64,000 bases of DNA from Candidatus Poribacteria bacterium (GCA_965218095.1 OZ244587.1:2816001-2880000), one strand, 5' to 3'; positions 10,384 to 22,154 are shown, numbered from the stretch's first letter. The notes: generated by a model not told the origin, from the letters alone. Made by a program: numbers and translations.

Positions 10384-11919
10384 ATGCTTGCCAGAGTTTT
10401 GAGCAGTGCTGTAATGGGGATTGACGCTTATATCGTCGAGGTCGAGTTGGATATTTCCGACGGATTGCCCGCTTTTGCGACGGTTGGTCTTCCAGACAGC
10501 GCTGTCAAAGAGAGTCGAGAGCGTGTCACCGCTGCAATTAAGAATTCGGGGTTCTACTTTCCCACTAACCGAATCACAGCGAATCTTGCCCCCGCCGATG
10601 TCCGGAAAGAGGGATCCGCGTTCGATTTGCCGATCGCGTTAGGTGTGATGGCGGCGACCGGACAGATTCGCACTGACAATTTTGAGCGGATGTTGGTCTT
10701 GGGAGAATTAGCGCTTGACGGGAGTGTTCGGTCGGTGCACGGATGCCTCCTGATGGCAACCGTCGCAAAGGAGAATCAGCTCAAGGGTGTTATTCTGCCG
10801 AAGGCGAATGCGAAGGAGGCAGCAGTCATCAATGACTTGGAGGTCTATCCGGTAGAGTCCTTGCAGGAAGCAGTTGAACACTTGAACGGACAGGGCACCA
10901 TCCCTCCCTTCCAATACGATATTCGGGAAGCATTTGACCAACATTCAGAGTACCCCGTTGATTTTGTTGATGTCAAGGGACAAGAGCATGTCAAACGAGC
11001 GATTGAAGTCGCCGCTGCGGGCGGACATAATCTCATCATGATCGGTCCCCCCGGCTCCGGCAAGACTATGATTGCCAAACGCATCCCGACCATTCTGCCG
11101 GATATGACGCTGGAGGAAGCCCTTGAGACAACGAAGATTCACAGCATCATGGGACTGCTGGAAAATGATGTCCCATTGATTGCGACACGTCCTTATCGAT
11201 CTCCCCATCACACAATATCCGATGCCGGACTGATCGGCGGCGGCAAGTTTCCACGCCCCGGCGAAGTGAGTCTCTCCCATCACGGCGTCCTGTTTCTGGA
11301 CGAATTGCCCGAATTCCGCAAGAACGTGCTGGAAGTGATGCGCCAACCGCTCGAGGACGGGCAAGTGGCAATCGCCCGTGCTGCTGCATCCTACACTTAT
11401 CCTGCCAATTTCATGCTCGTTGCGGCGATGAATCCGTGTCCGTGCGGTTTTTTCGGTGATACCAGTCGTGACTGCCGATGTTCACCACAGCAAATCCAAA
11501 ATTACATTTCCCGCATTTCGGGCCCCTTGCTTGACCGAATCGATCTGCAAGTGGAAGTTCCCGCCGTCAAGTACAAGGATCTGGCCAGTGACTTCGCGGG
11601 TGAGCCTTCAACAAGCATCCGTGAACGGGTACAGAGGGCGCGTCACATCCAGCAGGAACGTTTCATGCAGGCGAAAATCTACTGCAATGCCAATATGGAA
11701 TCCCGCCACCTCCGCGAATTTTGCAAAGTTCAGGACGCTGCACAGGAGCTCCTGCGGGTTGCCATCACGCAGTTGGGTCTTAGCGCCCGTGCGTATGATC
11801 GCATCTTGAAAGTTGCGCGGACAATCGCAGATCTTACCGAAAGCCCAACCATAGAGGCGGAGCATGTTTCAGAGGCGATCCAATATCGAAGTTTGGATCG
11901 GAGTTTCTGGAATGGGTAA
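10384..11919 (+). CDS. comM: YifB/ComM family Mg-chelatase-like AAA+ ATPase
   Basis: [63 protein letters not shown]. Confidence 0.95.
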   Translation: MLARVLSSAVMGIDAYIVEVELDISDGLPAFATVGLPDSAVKESRERVTAAIKNSGFYFPTNRITANLAPADVRKEGSAFDLPIALGVMAATGQIRTDNFERMLVLGELALDGSVRSVHGCLLMATVAKENQLKGVILPKANAKEAAVINDLEVYPVESLQEAVEHLNGQGTIPPFQYDIREAFDQHSEYPVDFVDVKGQEHVKRAIEVAAAGGHNLIMIGPPGSGKTMIAKRIPTILPDMTLEEALETTKIHSIMGLLENDVPLIATRPYRSPHHTISDAGLIGGGKFPRPGEVSLSHHGVLFLDELPEFRKNVLEVMRQPLEDGQVAIARAAASYTYPANFMLVAAMNPCPCGFFGDTSRDCRCSPQQIQNYISRISGPLLDRIDLQVEVPAVKYKDLASDFAGEPSTSIRERVQRARHIQQERFMQAKIYCNANMESRHLREFCKVQDAAQELLRVAITQLGLSARAYDRILKVARTIADLTESPTIEAEHVSEAIQYRSLDRSFWNG

Positions 11920-11992
11920 AATCGGGGAGTGTGTGGAGGTTGTTCGGTAAGTAGGTGAGGAGGGAAAAGGTTAAAAATAGGCGGGGAAGGGA

Positions 11993-13372
11993 TTACTCAG
12001 TCGGTTCCTCTTTTAGTTTGTATAACAGTCCCCGGCGACTAATTCCTAACAGTTCAGCCGCTTTTGTTCGGTTTCCCTCCGTTAATTCCAATGCGCGACT
12101 GATTAACTGGCTCTCCGTCTGTTCAAGGGCTTCATTAAGGATGCCCTTAAAATCGAAGCGGTTCTCCGGAATGATAACATGCACCTTTGCGTCGGCGAAA
12201 TGAACTTTCTCTGGCAGATCGTCGGGTTGGATAACCTCACTATCGCACATGACAACTGCTTGCTCAATCGCGTTCTGCAATTCTCGGACGTTGCCGGGCC
12301 AATCATAATTCATGAGTAAATCTATCGTATCAGGAGCGATCATTCGGAAAGATCGATCATGCTTCTCAGCATACATAGCAAGAAAGTGTTTGGCGAGTAG
12401 TGGAATATCTTCCCGACGGTGACGCAAAGGCGGCAGGTGGATGGAAACGACATTCAAGCGATAGTAGAGGTCTTCGCGAAAGTCCCCACCCTCAATGGCT
12501 TTCTCAAGGTCTTGGTTTGTTGCAGCGATGATGCGCAGATCCACTTGAATTGGACGGTTATCTCCAATCCGCCGAATCTCCCCTTCCTGAATTGCCCGCA
12601 AGAGCTTGACCTGTAAAGCAGCAGGCAATTCGCTGATTTCGTCCAGAAATAACGTACTTCCAGAAGCCTCTTCAAACAATCCCTTTTTGACCCCTGTCGC
12701 GCCTGTGAAAGCCCCTTTGGCATGGCCAAAAAGCTCGCTCTCCAGAAGTTCGGCAGGGATGGAGCCGCAATTGATTGGGATAGTCGGGCGATGGCGTCGA
12801 GAACTATTATGGTGAATTGCGCGTGCAATTAACTCTTTGCCGGTACCGCTTTCACCGGTAATCAGCACCGTACTTTCCGTATCCGCCACTTTTCGGATGC
12901 GATCAAAAACCGCCTTGATCGGCTGGCTCACTCCAATAATATTGTCAAAGGAATATTCCCGATCCAACTGACGTTTGAGATACTTGTTCTCGGCAATTAA
13001 CTGTTTCTGTTGGATCGCCTTTTCGACGAGAATGAGCAACTCCTCGGCGTTATACAATTTTGTGATATAGTAATACGCCCCCTGCTGCATCGCGGAGACT
13101 GCATTCTCGATAGTCCCGTGCGCCGTGATCATGATGAGCGGGGTATCTGGTTGGGCTTGCTTGAGGACACGCAGCACTTCCATACCATCAATGCGGGGCA
13201 TGCGCAGATCGCAAAGTACCAGATGATAAAGGGACTTGCTTAACATCTCGATGGCTTCGGCGCCGTCCTCGACAGCTTCAACAGTGTAGCCCGCCCGTTC
13301 TAAAATAATTGTGAGCGTTTTGCGCACATGAAGTTCATCGTCAACAACAAGGATTTTACGATTGGCTTCCAT
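11993..13372 (-). CDS. Sigma54-dependent response regulator (NtrC/AtoC family enhancer-binding protein)
   Basis: REC domain, GESGTGKE, ESELFGH, GAFTGA, WPGNVREL, C-terminal Fis-type HTH. Confidence 0.95.
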   Translation of the reverse strand: MEANRKILVVDDELHVRKTLTIILERAGYTVEAVEDGAEAIEMLSKSLYHLVLCDLRMPRIDGMEVLRVLKQAQPDTPLIMITAHGTIENAVSAMQQGAYYYITKLYNAEELLILVEKAIQQKQLIAENKYLKRQLDREYSFDNIIGVSQPIKAVFDRIRKVADTESTVLITGESGTGKELIARAIHHNSSRRHRPTIPINCGSIPAELLESELFGHAKGAFTGATGVKKGLFEEASGSTLFLDEISELPAALQVKLLRAIQEGEIRRIGDNRPIQVDLRIIAATNQDLEKAIEGGDFREDLYYRLNVVSIHLPPLRHRREDIPLLAKHFLAMYAEKHDRSFRMIAPDTIDLLMNYDWPGNVRELQNAIEQAVVMCDSEVIQPDDLPEKVHFADAKVHVIIPENRFDFKGILNEALEQTESQLISRALELTEGNRTKAAELLGISRRGLLYKLKEEPTE

Positions 13373-14834
13373 CGTCCCCCCCTTCCGTCGCTTCAGCCAT
13401 CGGCAGTGCCTTCAAGTTTCTGACGTTGGGGTATTCAATCGACCAGATCGATTGATCTGCCGGTTCGATTTCAACACTCGATCCAACGAGATCAAGCGCC
13501 TCAGGGGACTTGGGAAGTAACACCGTAAACGTACTGCCCTTCCCTTCTTCGCTCTGAACTTCGATGACCCCGCCATACTTCTCGATTAACCTGGCAGACA
13601 TTGCAAGACCTAGCCCTGTACCGTTAGGCTTCGTTGTGAAAAAGGGATTAAAGATTCGATCACGATCGGCAGTCCTAATTCCGGTACCTGTATCCGTGAC
13701 GCTGATACAGACAAATTGTGACTCCCTCTGAGATTTCACCGTTAATTGCCCACCGTCAGGCATTGCGTCTGCGGCATTCAGAAACAAATTAATCAATACC
13801 TGCTTGAGTCCATCCGCATCGATCTTTACCTGTGGTGAAGCAGCATCGAGTCCCTTTTCCACTGTAATCGCTTTGAACTTCTTTTGTGCTGAAACGAGTG
13901 TGAGGACTTGATCGATTACACCATTGACCTCTACCCATTCGATGTAATCTGCGGTTGGACGGGAGAAATTGAGGAGATGATTAATCAATTCACCGATCCG
14001 CCGTGATTCGCTCTCAACTGCACGCAAGTATTCGACCCGCTCTTCTTCGCTTTCACCCCCCATCAACAGGATTTGTGCATAAGCCGAAATTGATCCGAGC
14101 GGATTGCCAACCTCGTGGGCGATTCCGGAAGCGAGGCGTCCAATCGATGCCAGTTTATCGGCATGGCGGAGCTGCCGTTCAAGAGACTTCCGCTCAGTAA
14201 CATCTCGCCAGATTTGTTGAATCACTTTCGTTTTACTGTATTCGATGATGCTGGCAGAAACCTCAATGTCAATTCGTCTGTCATCTTGACGCACGAAAGT
14301 GAGGTCATCTCGCGTTGCTTCCCCCGTGACTTTGGTGTGCTCAAAGAGCGCTCGCATCTTGTCTCGGTCGCCCTGCGGATATAGCTCCCAGATTCTGAAC
14401 TGACAGAGTTCGTCGTGTGTATACTTGGTTAATTCTGTTGCTTTGGCGTTGGCATCGAGGATTCGAGCTGTTTCGATCTCGACAAAAAGGATCGCATCGC
14501 TCGCCTGATCGATTGCCTGTCGGTACTTTTCCTCCGACGCGGCATGGAGATGCAAGAGTTGGTTGAGATCCTGGTTGGCGAGGTCAAGTTGGCGATTCTG
14601 ATCTATCAGGCGATCTTGTAGTTTTCCGATGAAAAATCCCGAGAGGGTTAACAGGGCGATTGCGCCGAAACCCATGTACAGGTAGGGGTAAAAGTTCGCG
14701 GCAATTTCGGCAGCGATAAAATCGGCGGGTTCACGGGGCGCATCAGCCGTGAAATAACGCACGAGTATGGAGACAGCTGTAGCTGTCACTCCCAGTACCG
14801 CCCCGAGTATTGAATAACGTGTTCGTTTTTTCAT
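13356..14834 (-). CDS. Membrane-bound PAS-domain sensor histidine kinase
   Basis: Two N-terminal TM helices, PAS, AHEVGNPL H-box, NAADA N-box, DTGTG, PFFTTK, GTGLGL. Confidence 0.95.
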   Translation of the reverse strand: MKKRTRYSILGAVLGVTATAVSILVRYFTADAPREPADFIAAEIAANFYPYLYMGFGAIALLTLSGFFIGKLQDRLIDQNRQLDLANQDLNQLLHLHAASEEKYRQAIDQASDAILFVEIETARILDANAKATELTKYTHDELCQFRIWELYPQGDRDKMRALFEHTKVTGEATRDDLTFVRQDDRRIDIEVSASIIEYSKTKVIQQIWRDVTERKSLERQLRHADKLASIGRLASGIAHEVGNPLGSISAYAQILLMGGESEEERVEYLRAVESESRRIGELINHLLNFSRPTADYIEWVEVNGVIDQVLTLVSAQKKFKAITVEKGLDAASPQVKIDADGLKQVLINLFLNAADAMPDGGQLTVKSQRESQFVCISVTDTGTGIRTADRDRIFNPFFTTKPNGTGLGLAMSARLIEKYGGVIEVQSEEGKGSTFTVLLPKSPEALDLVGSSVEIEPADQSIWSIEYPNVRNLKALPMAEATEGGDDGSQS

Positions 14835-14884
14835 GGCATCAGTCCGTGAAGCGTGAAACGTGAAAGCTCATCATTTGCTTGTCT

Positions 14885-15268
14885 TCAGTTCCCTCGCTTC
14901 TCATTTCCTTGAGCTAACAGCCTGCGAATAATACGGATGACTGCGGCAACTTGAAACGGTTTCTGGACGACATAGACGGTGCCGACATGCTCTTGCTCAC
15001 AAAGTAAGTCATTCCAGTAGGCGCTCATTAATATGAAGGACAATTCCGGCTTTTCTTGTTGGATCGCCTGTATTAATTCCAATCCATTCATATAAGGCAT
15101 CCGAAAATCCGTAACGACCAAATCTATGTCTTGCGTCCGAATTTTTTCCAGCGCCTCCGCCCCATTCTCTGCGAATATGAGATCATACTCGTCGCCGAGG
15201 ATAATGCCCATAATCTTCCGCATGTGATATTGGTCATCAGCGACTAAAATCTTTGCACGTTTTAACAT
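14885..15268 (-). CDS. Single-domain response regulator
   Basis: ILVADD, TDFRMP, MSAY, KPF motifs. Confidence 0.9.
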   Translation of the reverse strand: MLKRAKILVADDQYHMRKIMGIILGDEYDLIFAENGAEALEKIRTQDIDLVVTDFRMPYMNGLELIQAIQQEKPELSFILMSAYWNDLLCEQEHVGTVYVVQKPFQVAAVIRIIRRLLAQGNEKRGN

Positions 15269-15305
15269 ATTTTCCCTCGCTTCAATTTGGTATTTACGAG
15301 TGAGA

Positions 15306-15320
15306 GCAAACTGTATGCCA
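15306..15320 (-). promoter_or_regulatory. Sigma54 -24/-12 promoter for the two-component operon
   Basis: Minus strand reads TGGCAT-ACAGT-TTGC (GG-N10-GC), about 40 bp upstream of the start at 15268. Confidence 0.75.
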
Positions 15321-15359
15321 TTCAATCTGAACCCCAATTACACGGTTCCCGGGCGGAAC

Positions 15360-15377
15360 TGTGAAACCCTGTTCACA
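15360..15377. promoter_or_regulatory. Palindromic site 1 (candidate enhancer/UAS)
   Basis: TGTGAA-ACCCTG-TTCACA. Confidence 0.6.
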
Positions 15378-15440
15378 CCTTAAACGATATTTATGACAGG
15401 AAAAATCGTGCCGGCTGCGATTGCCAGATGAATAGATCAG

Positions 15441-15458
15441 TGTGAAGGCAGGTTCACA
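15441..15458. promoter_or_regulatory. Palindromic site 2 (candidate enhancer/UAS)
   Basis: TGTGAA-GGCAGG-TTCACA; same arms as site 1. Confidence 0.6.
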
Positions 15459-15592
15459 GTCTCTGCACTTGTAATTCACACTTGATAAGGCGCGTTTCAA
15501 TCTCCCTTTATGTAACCCACCCAAGAGAGTGAAGGTAGTTTACTATGACTGTCTTATTTTACAAGACCGCCATCAATTGTCAAGAAAAATGA

Positions 15593-15607
15593 TGGCATAA
15601 AATTTGC
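15593..15607 (+). promoter_or_regulatory. Sigma54 -24/-12 promoter for prkA operon
   Basis: TGGCAT-AAAAT-TTGC (GG-N10-GC), about 90 bp upstream of prkA. Confidence 0.8.
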
Positions 15608-15698
15608 TTGAAAATTAAGAGCAAATTATCTCACAGAACCTCACTTAAAGTATCTGGGCTGACTTGCCGATTTTATATGCGAAAGGGAGGGATCTCAG

Positions 15699-17750
15699 AT
15701 GTCAGAAATTATCGCACAACAAACCGACAACAGCATCATTGCATTCATTCAGCAGATGCAGGATACCAGCGGTTTCAAAGACCTGCATTGGGAAGGTAAT
15801 TTTGAAGCGTATCTGGACATTGTGAAAGCCAACCCGAAGGTAACGAAGTCCGCCTTTGAACGCATCTACGACATGATTCTCTCTTACGGCTCTGAAGAGG
15901 TCACTATCCATAAAGAGAAACTCATCCGCTACCGTTTCTTTGAAGATCCGTTTGATGGCGAAGAAGCTGTCTATGGCTTAGAGAAGCCATTGATGGAGTT
16001 GGTCAATACGTTCAAGTCAGCTGCACAGCAACTCGGCACGGAAAAACGGGTTATCCTGCTACACGGGCCCGTCGGCAGTGCGAAGAGCACCATCGTCCGG
16101 TTGCTCAAAAAAGGACTTGAAGCGTATAGCCATAGGGATGAAGGTGCAATCTACACCTTTGCGTGGAAACAGTCTGACGGTTCTTATCTCGATTGTTCGA
16201 TGCACGAAGAGCCGTTGCACTTAATTCCAAAAGAATTTCGGGGGCAGGTTTTCGCAACCTTGAGTAAGGAGAGCGATTTTGACATCAGGGTTGAAGGCGA
16301 TCTATGTCCTTCGTGCCGCTACTACTACCGCGAAGCCATGCAGGAGAGCAGCGGTAACTGGGCGAAAGCCATGGAAAATGTCAAAGTCAAGCGATTGGTC
16401 TTCTCCGAACAGGATCGGATTGGGATCGGGACGTTCCAGCCGAAGGACGAGAAAAATCAGGACTCCACTGAGCTGACCGGGGACATCAACTATCGCAAAA
16501 TCGCACAGTACGGGTCAGATTCAGATCCACGCGCTTTTAACTTCGATGGTGAATTTAATATCGCCAACCGTGGTATTATTGAGTTTATCGAAGTCCTGAA
16601 GCTTGATGTCGCATTTCTCTATGATCTCTTGGGTGCGTCTCAGGAGCACAAAATCAAGCCGAAAAAGTTTGCGCAGACCGATATTGATGAAGTCATCATT
16701 GGGCACACCAATGAGCCTGAATACAAGAAGCTGCAGAGCAATGAGTTCATGGAAGCGCTGCGCGATCGAACCATTAAGATCGATATTCCCTACCTCACCT
16801 GCCTGTCGGACGAGGTCAAGGTCTACGAAAAGGACTACAACCCGGACAAAGTGCGCGCAAAACACATTGCCCCCCATACCATCGAGATCGCTGCAATGTG
16901 GGCGACCTTGACCCGATTAGAGGAGCCGCAGAAGGCGAATCTCACGCTGATGCAAAAGCTCAGACTTTACGATGGCAAGACCATTCCCAACTACACGGAA
17001 GATAACGTCAAGGAACTCAAAGCGAGCGTTGAACGTGAGGGAATGGAAGGCATCTCTCCTCGATACATTCAGGATAAAATTTCCAATGCGCTTGTGAACG
17101 AGATTAATGAAGGGTGCATCAATCCATTTATGGTGATGAACGAACTGGAATCTGGGTTGGAACACCATTCGCTGCTCACCAACAAGGAGCAGCGGAAACT
17201 GTATCGTGATTTGCTCGCCGTTGTCAAAGCCGAGTTTGAGGACATCGCGAAGAACGAAGTCCAGAAAGCAATCGCTGCAGATGAAGAGGCGATTAGCCGC
17301 CTGTGCGCAAACTACATTGACAACTTACGAGCGTACACGATGCGCCAAAAAGTGAAGAATCCTTACACGGGCGAAGATGAAGAACCCAACGAACAACTGA
17401 TGCGCTCCATTGAGGAAAAGATTGATATTCCAGAGAGCCGCAAAGATGACTTTCGTCGTGAGATGATGAACTACATCGGTGCGCTTGCCATCGAAAACAA
17501 GAAGTTCGACTACACGACGAATGAACGTCTCAGGAAGGCGTTAGAGCTCAAGTTGTTCGAGGATCAGAAGGATTCGATTAAGCTCTCCAGCCTTGTCTCG
17601 CAAGTTATGGACAAAGACACACAGGAGAAAATCGAGGTCGTGAAGAGCCGACTCATCAAGAACTACGGCTACTGCGAGGTTTGCGCAACCGATGTGCTTT
17701 CCTATGTTGCGAGCATTTTTGCGCGTGGCGATGCGAAGGAGCAGGTGTGA
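15699..17750 (+). CDS. prkA: PrkA/YeaG family AAA+ serine protein kinase
   Basis: [42 protein letters not shown]. Confidence 0.95.
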   Translation: MSEIIAQQTDNSIIAFIQQMQDTSGFKDLHWEGNFEAYLDIVKANPKVTKSAFERIYDMILSYGSEEVTIHKEKLIRYRFFEDPFDGEEAVYGLEKPLMELVNTFKSAAQQLGTEKRVILLHGPVGSAKSTIVRLLKKGLEAYSHRDEGAIYTFAWKQSDGSYLDCSMHEEPLHLIPKEFRGQVFATLSKESDFDIRVEGDLCPSCRYYYREAMQESSGNWAKAMENVKVKRLVFSEQDRIGIGTFQPKDEKNQDSTELTGDINYRKIAQYGSDSDPRAFNFDGEFNIANRGIIEFIEVLKLDVAFLYDLLGASQEHKIKPKKFAQTDIDEVIIGHTNEPEYKKLQSNEFMEALRDRTIKIDIPYLTCLSDEVKVYEKDYNPDKVRAKHIAPHTIEIAAMWATLTRLEEPQKANLTLMQKLRLYDGKTIPNYTEDNVKELKASVEREGMEGISPRYIQDKISNALVNEINEGCINPFMVMNELESGLEHHSLLTNKEQRKLYRDLLAVVKAEFEDIAKNEVQKAIAADEEAISRLCANYIDNLRAYTMRQKVKNPYTGEDEEPNEQLMRSIEEKIDIPESRKDDFRREMMNYIGALAIENKKFDYTTNERLRKALELKLFEDQKDSIKLSSLVSQVMDKDTQEKIEVVKSRLIKNYGYCEVCATDVLSYVASIFARGDAKEQV

Positions 17751-17824
17751 GATGTAAAAGGTGTTAGGATTTAGGCATTAGGATACTTGATCCCTAATGC
17801 CTAAAAAGAGAAAGGACTGACAAC

Positions 17825-18931
17825 ATGGTCCGTCGAATTGAAAGAGATCGGAGCCGTTTCCGGCAGATCGTCCGTAAAAATATCAGGAAAGACCTCCGCA
17901 AATACATCACCCACACCGAGATGATTGGACGGAGGGGCAAAGATCTGGTCAGCATTCCGATGCCCCACATCGAGCTTCCACGCTTCAAGTTTGGATTGAA
18001 GAACACAGGCGGCGTCGGTCAGGGCGAGGGTAGTGTTGGGACGCCGATTGGTTCCGGCCAGCCTGAACCCGGAAGTGGTCAGGCTGGCAACATGCCGGGG
18101 CACCATCTCCTTGAGGTAGATGTCAACCTGGAAGAGCTCGCAGAGCTCTTGGGAGAAGAACTTGAACTCCCCAACATTCAGCCCAAGGGCAAGAAGAATA
18201 TCGTCACCAAATCGGATCGGTACACCGGGATCAGCACGACGGGCCCCAAGAGTTTGCGGCACTTCAAGCGCACCTACCGCGAAGCCCTCAAACGTCAGGT
18301 GATGATGGGCGATTATGATCCTGAGGATCCGGTAATTGTCCCCATCAGAGAGGATGAACGTTTCCGCACCTGGAAGGAGGTCTTGAAGCCGGATAGCAAT
18401 GCCGTCATCTTTTACATGATGGATGTGAGTGGGAGCATGGGCGAGGAACAGAAGGAGATTGTCCGAATTGAAGCGTTTTGGATTGATCTCTGGCTGCGTT
18501 CCCAATATAAAGGCATCGAAACCCGCTATATCATTCATGACGCAGAAGCCCGTGAGGTCGATCAGCACACATTTTATCATACACGCGAAAGTGGTGGGAC
18601 CCGTATCTCTTCAGCGTATGAACTCTTTCATAAGATTATCACGGCGGAGTACGACACTTCAGACTGGAACATTTACGGCTTCCACTTTTCCGACGGGGAC
18701 AACTGGGGCCACATGGATAACGGTTACTGTTTGCGTCTACTCACGGGCAGGATACTTCAGTACTGCAACCTTTTCTGCTATGGACAGGTAGCAAGCGCAT
18801 GGGGGAGTGGCGATTTTCTGTATTTCTTAGACGAGAATTTGCGCCGTGTAGACAACTTCGTCATGTCGCAAATTGATAGCCGCGAAGATATTTACGATTC
18901 GATTAAGGTGTTTCTCGGGAAGGGAAAATGA
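17825..18931 (+). CDS. yeaH: YeaH/YhbH (DUF444) vWA-like protein
   Basis: [21 protein letters not shown]; canonical position after prkA. Confidence 0.92.
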   Translation: MVRRIERDRSRFRQIVRKNIRKDLRKYITHTEMIGRRGKDLVSIPMPHIELPRFKFGLKNTGGVGQGEGSVGTPIGSGQPEPGSGQAGNMPGHHLLEVDVNLEELAELLGEELELPNIQPKGKKNIVTKSDRYTGISTTGPKSLRHFKRTYREALKRQVMMGDYDPEDPVIVPIREDERFRTWKEVLKPDSNAVIFYMMDVSGSMGEEQKEIVRIEAFWIDLWLRSQYKGIETRYIIHDAEAREVDQHTFYHTRESGGTRISSAYELFHKIITAEYDTSDWNIYGFHFSDGDNWGHMDNGYCLRLLTGRILQYCNLFCYGQVASAWGSGDFLYFLDENLRRVDNFVMSQIDSREDIYDSIKVFLGKGK

Positions 18932-19054
18932 GGAAATGGGGAAATTGGAAGGAGAGGAAGGACGAAGGATGGGAAAGTCGTTATACGCAATACACATCAC
19001 ATTTTACGTTTCACGCGATTGTAACATTCCGAAATTGATGCGGGGGCAGAGCAA

Positions 19055-20536
19055 ATGAACCTGACGCCAGAACTGGAAGAAGCGAGAAAACGAATCGAGG
19101 AATATGCGAAGGAATATGGTCTCGATTTTTATGAAACCATTTTCGAGTTCGTTGAATTTGATCAACTCAACGAAGCGGCGGCTTATACCGGTTTTCCAAC
19201 CCGTTACCCGCACTGGCAATTTGGAATGCAGTACGAGTCACTCTCCAAAGGGTATCAATGGGGATTGGAGAAGATCTACGAAATGGTGATCAACAATGAC
19301 CCCTCCTATGCATACTTGATGAATAGCAATAATGTTGTTGATCAGAAGCTCGTGATCGCTCACGTCTACGGTCATGTGGATTTCTTCAAGAATAATCTCT
19401 GGTTTGCCCACACCAACCCCAAGATGATGGACGAAATTGCGAATCACGCAACACGCATTCGTCGCTATGCCGACAAGTACGGCGAGGAAACGGTTGAGGC
19501 GTTTCTGGATTGGTGTCTTTCGATTGAAAACCTGATCGACCCCCATTCGGTTCAGATTAAACGCCGCGATGAGAACTTCAACCTGCACTTTGATGACGAA
19601 GAGGATGAAGAACAGATCGTCCGTAAGCTCCAAAGCAAAGACTATATGGACAAGTTCATCAATCCCTCAGAATTCATCGCGGAGCAAGAGAAGAAACTTG
19701 AGGTCGAAAAACGCAAAGCCAAGAAGTTCCCGGAGAACCCGGAACGCGACATTCTGCTATTTCTGATTGAACACGCCCAACTGGAGAACTGGCAACGCGA
19801 TATTCTCTCGATTGTTCGGGAGGAGAGTTACTATTTCTCACCCCAGGCGATGACGAAGATACTTAATGAAGGATACGCGTCCTTTTGGCATGCGAAAATC
19901 ATGTCAGAGAAAGTGCTGGAAGCCGCTGACGTTGTTGATTACGCCGACCACTTTTCAGGTACTCTTGCAACCGGTACGGGGCGGATCAACCCATACAAAC
20001 TGGGCTACGAACTGCTCAAGGACATCAAAGAGCGATGGGACAAGGGCAAGTTTGGGAAAGAGTACGAAGCGTGTGAGGACTATCAAGCCTTAGAGAATTG
20101 GGACAAAAACCTGGGACTCGGAATGGAGAAGATCTTCGAGGTGCGCAAACTATACAACGATGTCACATTTATCGACGAATTTCTGACCCCCGAATTTGTC
20201 CGTCGTCACAAAATGTTCACCTACGAGTACAACCGTCGCACAGGAATGTACGAGATCGCCAATCGCAGTTTCGAGGAGATCAAGAAGAAACTGCTCTTTA
20301 GCCTGACAAATATGGGACAGCCATTTGTCTGCGCGAGGGACGGTAATTACAAAAACCGCGGTGAGCTTTACCTCACCCACCAGCATGAAGGAATGGATCT
20401 CGACCTGCGCCCCGCCCTGGATACGCTGCGAAATATTCAGCGGATCTGGGGACGTCCAGTTTTCCTGGAAACGGTCGAAAATAGGAATCGCAAACTCTTT
20501 CGCTACAATGGAGAGGTCTTCACCGTGCTGACGTAA
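19055..20536 (+). CDS. spoVR: SpoVR/YcgB family protein
   Basis: RYPHWQFG, IYEMVIN, AHVYGHVDFFKNN, TKILNEGYASFWH, NPYKLG. Confidence 0.95.
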   Translation: MNLTPELEEARKRIEEYAKEYGLDFYETIFEFVEFDQLNEAAAYTGFPTRYPHWQFGMQYESLSKGYQWGLEKIYEMVINNDPSYAYLMNSNNVVDQKLVIAHVYGHVDFFKNNLWFAHTNPKMMDEIANHATRIRRYADKYGEETVEAFLDWCLSIENLIDPHSVQIKRRDENFNLHFDDEEDEEQIVRKLQSKDYMDKFINPSEFIAEQEKKLEVEKRKAKKFPENPERDILLFLIEHAQLENWQRDILSIVREESYYFSPQAMTKILNEGYASFWHAKIMSEKVLEAADVVDYADHFSGTLATGTGRINPYKLGYELLKDIKERWDKGKFGKEYEACEDYQALENWDKNLGLGMEKIFEVRKLYNDVTFIDEFLTPEFVRRHKMFTYEYNRRTGMYEIANRSFEEIKKKLLFSLTNMGQPFVCARDGNYKNRGELYLTHQHEGMDLDLRPALDTLRNIQRIWGRPVFLETVENRNRKLFRYNGEVFTVLT

Positions 20537-20633
20537 CGTGAAGCGTGAAATGTGAGAAATTCACTGGGGATTTTAACCATCCCAATGAAGTATATCTTCA
20601 ATCAGTTATCCAAATGAAAGGGAGGATTCCGTC

Positions 20634-21218
20634 ATGATAAGCCATCGGCTAATCAACCAAATTGATCAACTCCGAGAAGCATTTTCAGCTAAAGATGATA
20701 AAGCACCTATTCTGATCTCGGCACAGTCCGATACGGTACGAATCAGCACACGGCTTGCTGACTGCGATCGCCTGGGGTATCTACTGACCGCTCTGGAAGC
20801 TGAACAGATTGATGCGGATCGAGAGGGCAGCCCAAAGGTTGATCCACGAGAAATCGACGATCAGATCAGTATGCTTGTAGGACGAATCACTTACCTGACA
20901 GAAGGGTTGATCCTTGTCGAAAAAGCGGCGGATCTGAGTCGCGTATTGATACGGAGTGCGAAACCGGAGCAGCGTGCGGACGGCACCTATTACTATGAAT
21001 TGACGCTGGAGCCGGGAAAATCCATCGGCTTGAATCGTCTGTGTTACAATTTTGAAACCCGGCGGCGGACAATTGTGCCGTTTACGCTTTCAAAAGAGGT
21101 CTTTGAGCGACTGGTTGATGAGCTCGAGGAGATTCTTTGCGGAAAAGATAAGGAATTCATAGATGAACTGCCCCAGCGTTTTAAGGAGTCTCCATTAGTC
21201 TGGGACGCTGAATACTAA
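20634..21218 (+). CDS. Conserved hypothetical protein
   Basis: Strong GGAGG RBS; RITYL.E, IRS..P, YYEL motifs; stop overlaps the next start. Confidence 0.75.
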   Translation: MISHRLINQIDQLREAFSAKDDKAPILISAQSDTVRISTRLADCDRLGYLLTALEAEQIDADREGSPKVDPREIDDQISMLVGRITYLTEGLILVEKAADLSRVLIRSAKPEQRADGTYYYELTLEPGKSIGLNRLCYNFETRRRTIVPFTLSKEVFERLVDELEEILCGKDKEFIDELPQRFKESPLVWDAEY

Positions 21219-22105
21219 TGCACATCATCACACGTGACCGAATCGTCTACAGCTTCAGCCGTGACCATCGCCCGGTGCGAGAAATCGATCCAGGCGACAA
21301 GATCTGCTTTGAGACCTACGATGCGCGAACCGGCACAATTCGGAGCGAGGGTGACCTTCTCGATCGCCCCCACCCGCGCGGCGCAAATCCTGCAACGGGT
21401 CCCGTCTTCATGTGTGGCGCAGAACCGGGAGATACCCTTTGCGTCGAGATTATGAATATTCAGCTCGCATCACAGGGATTCATCGCCGTCAAAGCCGGCA
21501 CAGGAAACTTAGGTCATCTCGCAGACCGTTACGTAACGAAACTCATTCGCATTGAAGGCGATACCGCCTACTTCGATGATCGCATCCACTTTCCGGTTCG
21601 CCCGATGATTGGCGTCGTCGGTACTGCGCCCGCAGAAGAAGATGTACCAACGCTCTACCCTGGTCCCCACGGCGGCAACATGGATCACAACGATGTGAAG
21701 GTTGGATCTCGCGTTTACCTGCCTGTGTTTGTGGAGGGCGCGTTGTTTGGTCTCGGGGATGTCCATGCTGCAATGGGCGATGCGGAGGTCTCCATGATAG
21801 GGATCGAAATCTGCGCCGAAGTCACCGTGCGCGTAGAGCTCATCAAGGGCGAAGCGATCTCTCGTCCGTGGATCGAGACAGCGGATTCATGGATTGCCAC
21901 CGGAGACGCCCCAAAACTTGTCGATGCCATCACCATTGCTTGTGAAGAGATGGCGAAATTCCTCCAACGCAAACTCTCCGTTTCTTTCGAGGAGGCTTAC
22001 CTGCTGATGAGCGCCATCGGCGATGTGCGAATCGGTCAATCGTGCGATCCGGATCGCTTTCCCGCCACAATCCGAGTTGTCTTCCCCAAAATTAACGCAA
22101 CCTAA
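21218..22105 (+). CDS. Acetamidase/formamidase family protein
   Basis: NPATGPV..GAEPGD, HGGNMD, GDVHAAMGDAE. Confidence 0.9.
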   Translation: MHIITRDRIVYSFSRDHRPVREIDPGDKICFETYDARTGTIRSEGDLLDRPHPRGANPATGPVFMCGAEPGDTLCVEIMNIQLASQGFIAVKAGTGNLGHLADRYVTKLIRIEGDTAYFDDRIHFPVRPMIGVVGTAPAEEDVPTLYPGPHGGNMDHNDVKVGSRVYLPVFVEGALFGLGDVHAAMGDAEVSMIGIEICAEVTVRVELIKGEAISRPWIETADSWIATGDAPKLVDAITIACEEMAKFLQRKLSVSFEEAYLLMSAIGDVRIGQSCDPDRFPATIRVVFPKINAT

Positions 22106-22154
22106 TCCGCCACCCTATCCTGAAATTCCTTGTCCACACCACCATTCCGTTGTT

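Noticed and set aside
10384-11919. comM as integration site of the R-M island
   Set aside because: comM is full length and no duplicated comM fragment or integrase was found at the other side of the island
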